NCBI GenBank assembly: GCA_964436845.1
Contig: CAYTEF010000003.1
Location: 1-32,924 of the forward strand
Direction: 5' to 3'
Source: an uncultured Candidatus Saccharibacteria bacterium
GTDB taxonomy: Bacteria > Patescibacteriota > Minisyncoccia > 2-01-FULL-47-10 > JBBTYX01
DNA: 32,924 bases
The stretch's first letter is position 1. Every line of letters starts with the position of its first letter. This document shows positions 32,879-32,924 of the stretch, one piece after another. The translations under genes were made by a program, and so were the position numbers. Below the pieces are notes generated by a model, which was given only the letters and a program-made list of their open reading frames with translations, made no database searches and was not told where the DNA came from.

Positions 32879-32908
32879 CACCCCCGAAGTGCAACGCGGG
32901 TGTTTTTT
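32879..32908 (+). terminator. Hairpin plus T6 about 25-30 nt downstream of P2 (terminator or attenuator)
   Basis: caccc-c-cg aagtgcaa cg-c-gggtg followed by TTTTTT. Confidence 0.5.
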
Positions 32909-32924
32909 ATTGGATGAAGTAATT

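Noticed and set aside
32688-32894. 68-aa minus-strand ORF in the terminal intergenic region
   Set aside because: It is AT-rich and hydrophobic by composition, and it spans two strong plus-strand promoters. It has no SD.

Overview
This 32.9-kb chromosomal segment looks like a small-genome, low-GC CPR/Patescibacteria-type bacterium using the standard code (TGA acts as a stop). Positions 141..29134 are a nearly unbroken minus-strand gene train. In coordinate order it holds ftsX, a GT4 glycosyltransferase, nucleotide-biosynthesis genes (purD, purN, pyrC, pyrD), tRNA-Trp(CCA), a PIN/RHH toxin-antitoxin pair, leuS and a small GIY-YIG nuclease gene. purC follows on the plus strand with an apparent N-terminal frameshift. 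The minus-strand train resumes with miaA, a four-helix-bundle (23S-IVS/Avd-family) gene and thrS. It ends in a tightly packed type IV pilus-like operon, transcribed dnaE, pilB, pilC, four minor-pilin-like genes, pilM, pilN, a pilO-like gene and a small membrane protein. Positions 29.2-32.7 kb are plus-strand: a small Cys-rich secreted protein, rpmF, nusB, rnc, rpsP, and an AbiEii-type nucleotidyltransferase with a small overlapping upstream partner. Three structures not explained by gene calls stand out. (i) A hairpin-bounded repeat built from CTGCG motifs phased every 10-11 bp lies after ftsX and is also inserted in frame inside leuS, resembling a Rickettsia palindromic element. (ii) Both small accessory ORFs (GIY-YIG and four-helix bundle) are bracketed by imperfect inverted repeats, and the distal arm ends 1-5 nt before the SD-less start codon of the next housekeeping gene (leuS, miaA). 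This is an IVS-like ORF-in-a-stem cassette architecture, and rnc (RNase III) is encoded in the same window. (iii) Minor pilins are fused to large beta-solenoid or pectin-lyase-fold domains. Lesser observations are a structured thrS leader with a coupled uORF, a hairpin in the rnc leader, leaderless-type promoters, two heptanucleotide tandem repeats, a candidate sRNA, and tandem consensus promoters at the window end. I saw no CRISPR array, rRNA, transposase, integrase or reverse transcriptase. All functional calls come from motif recognition by eye; no database search was run.
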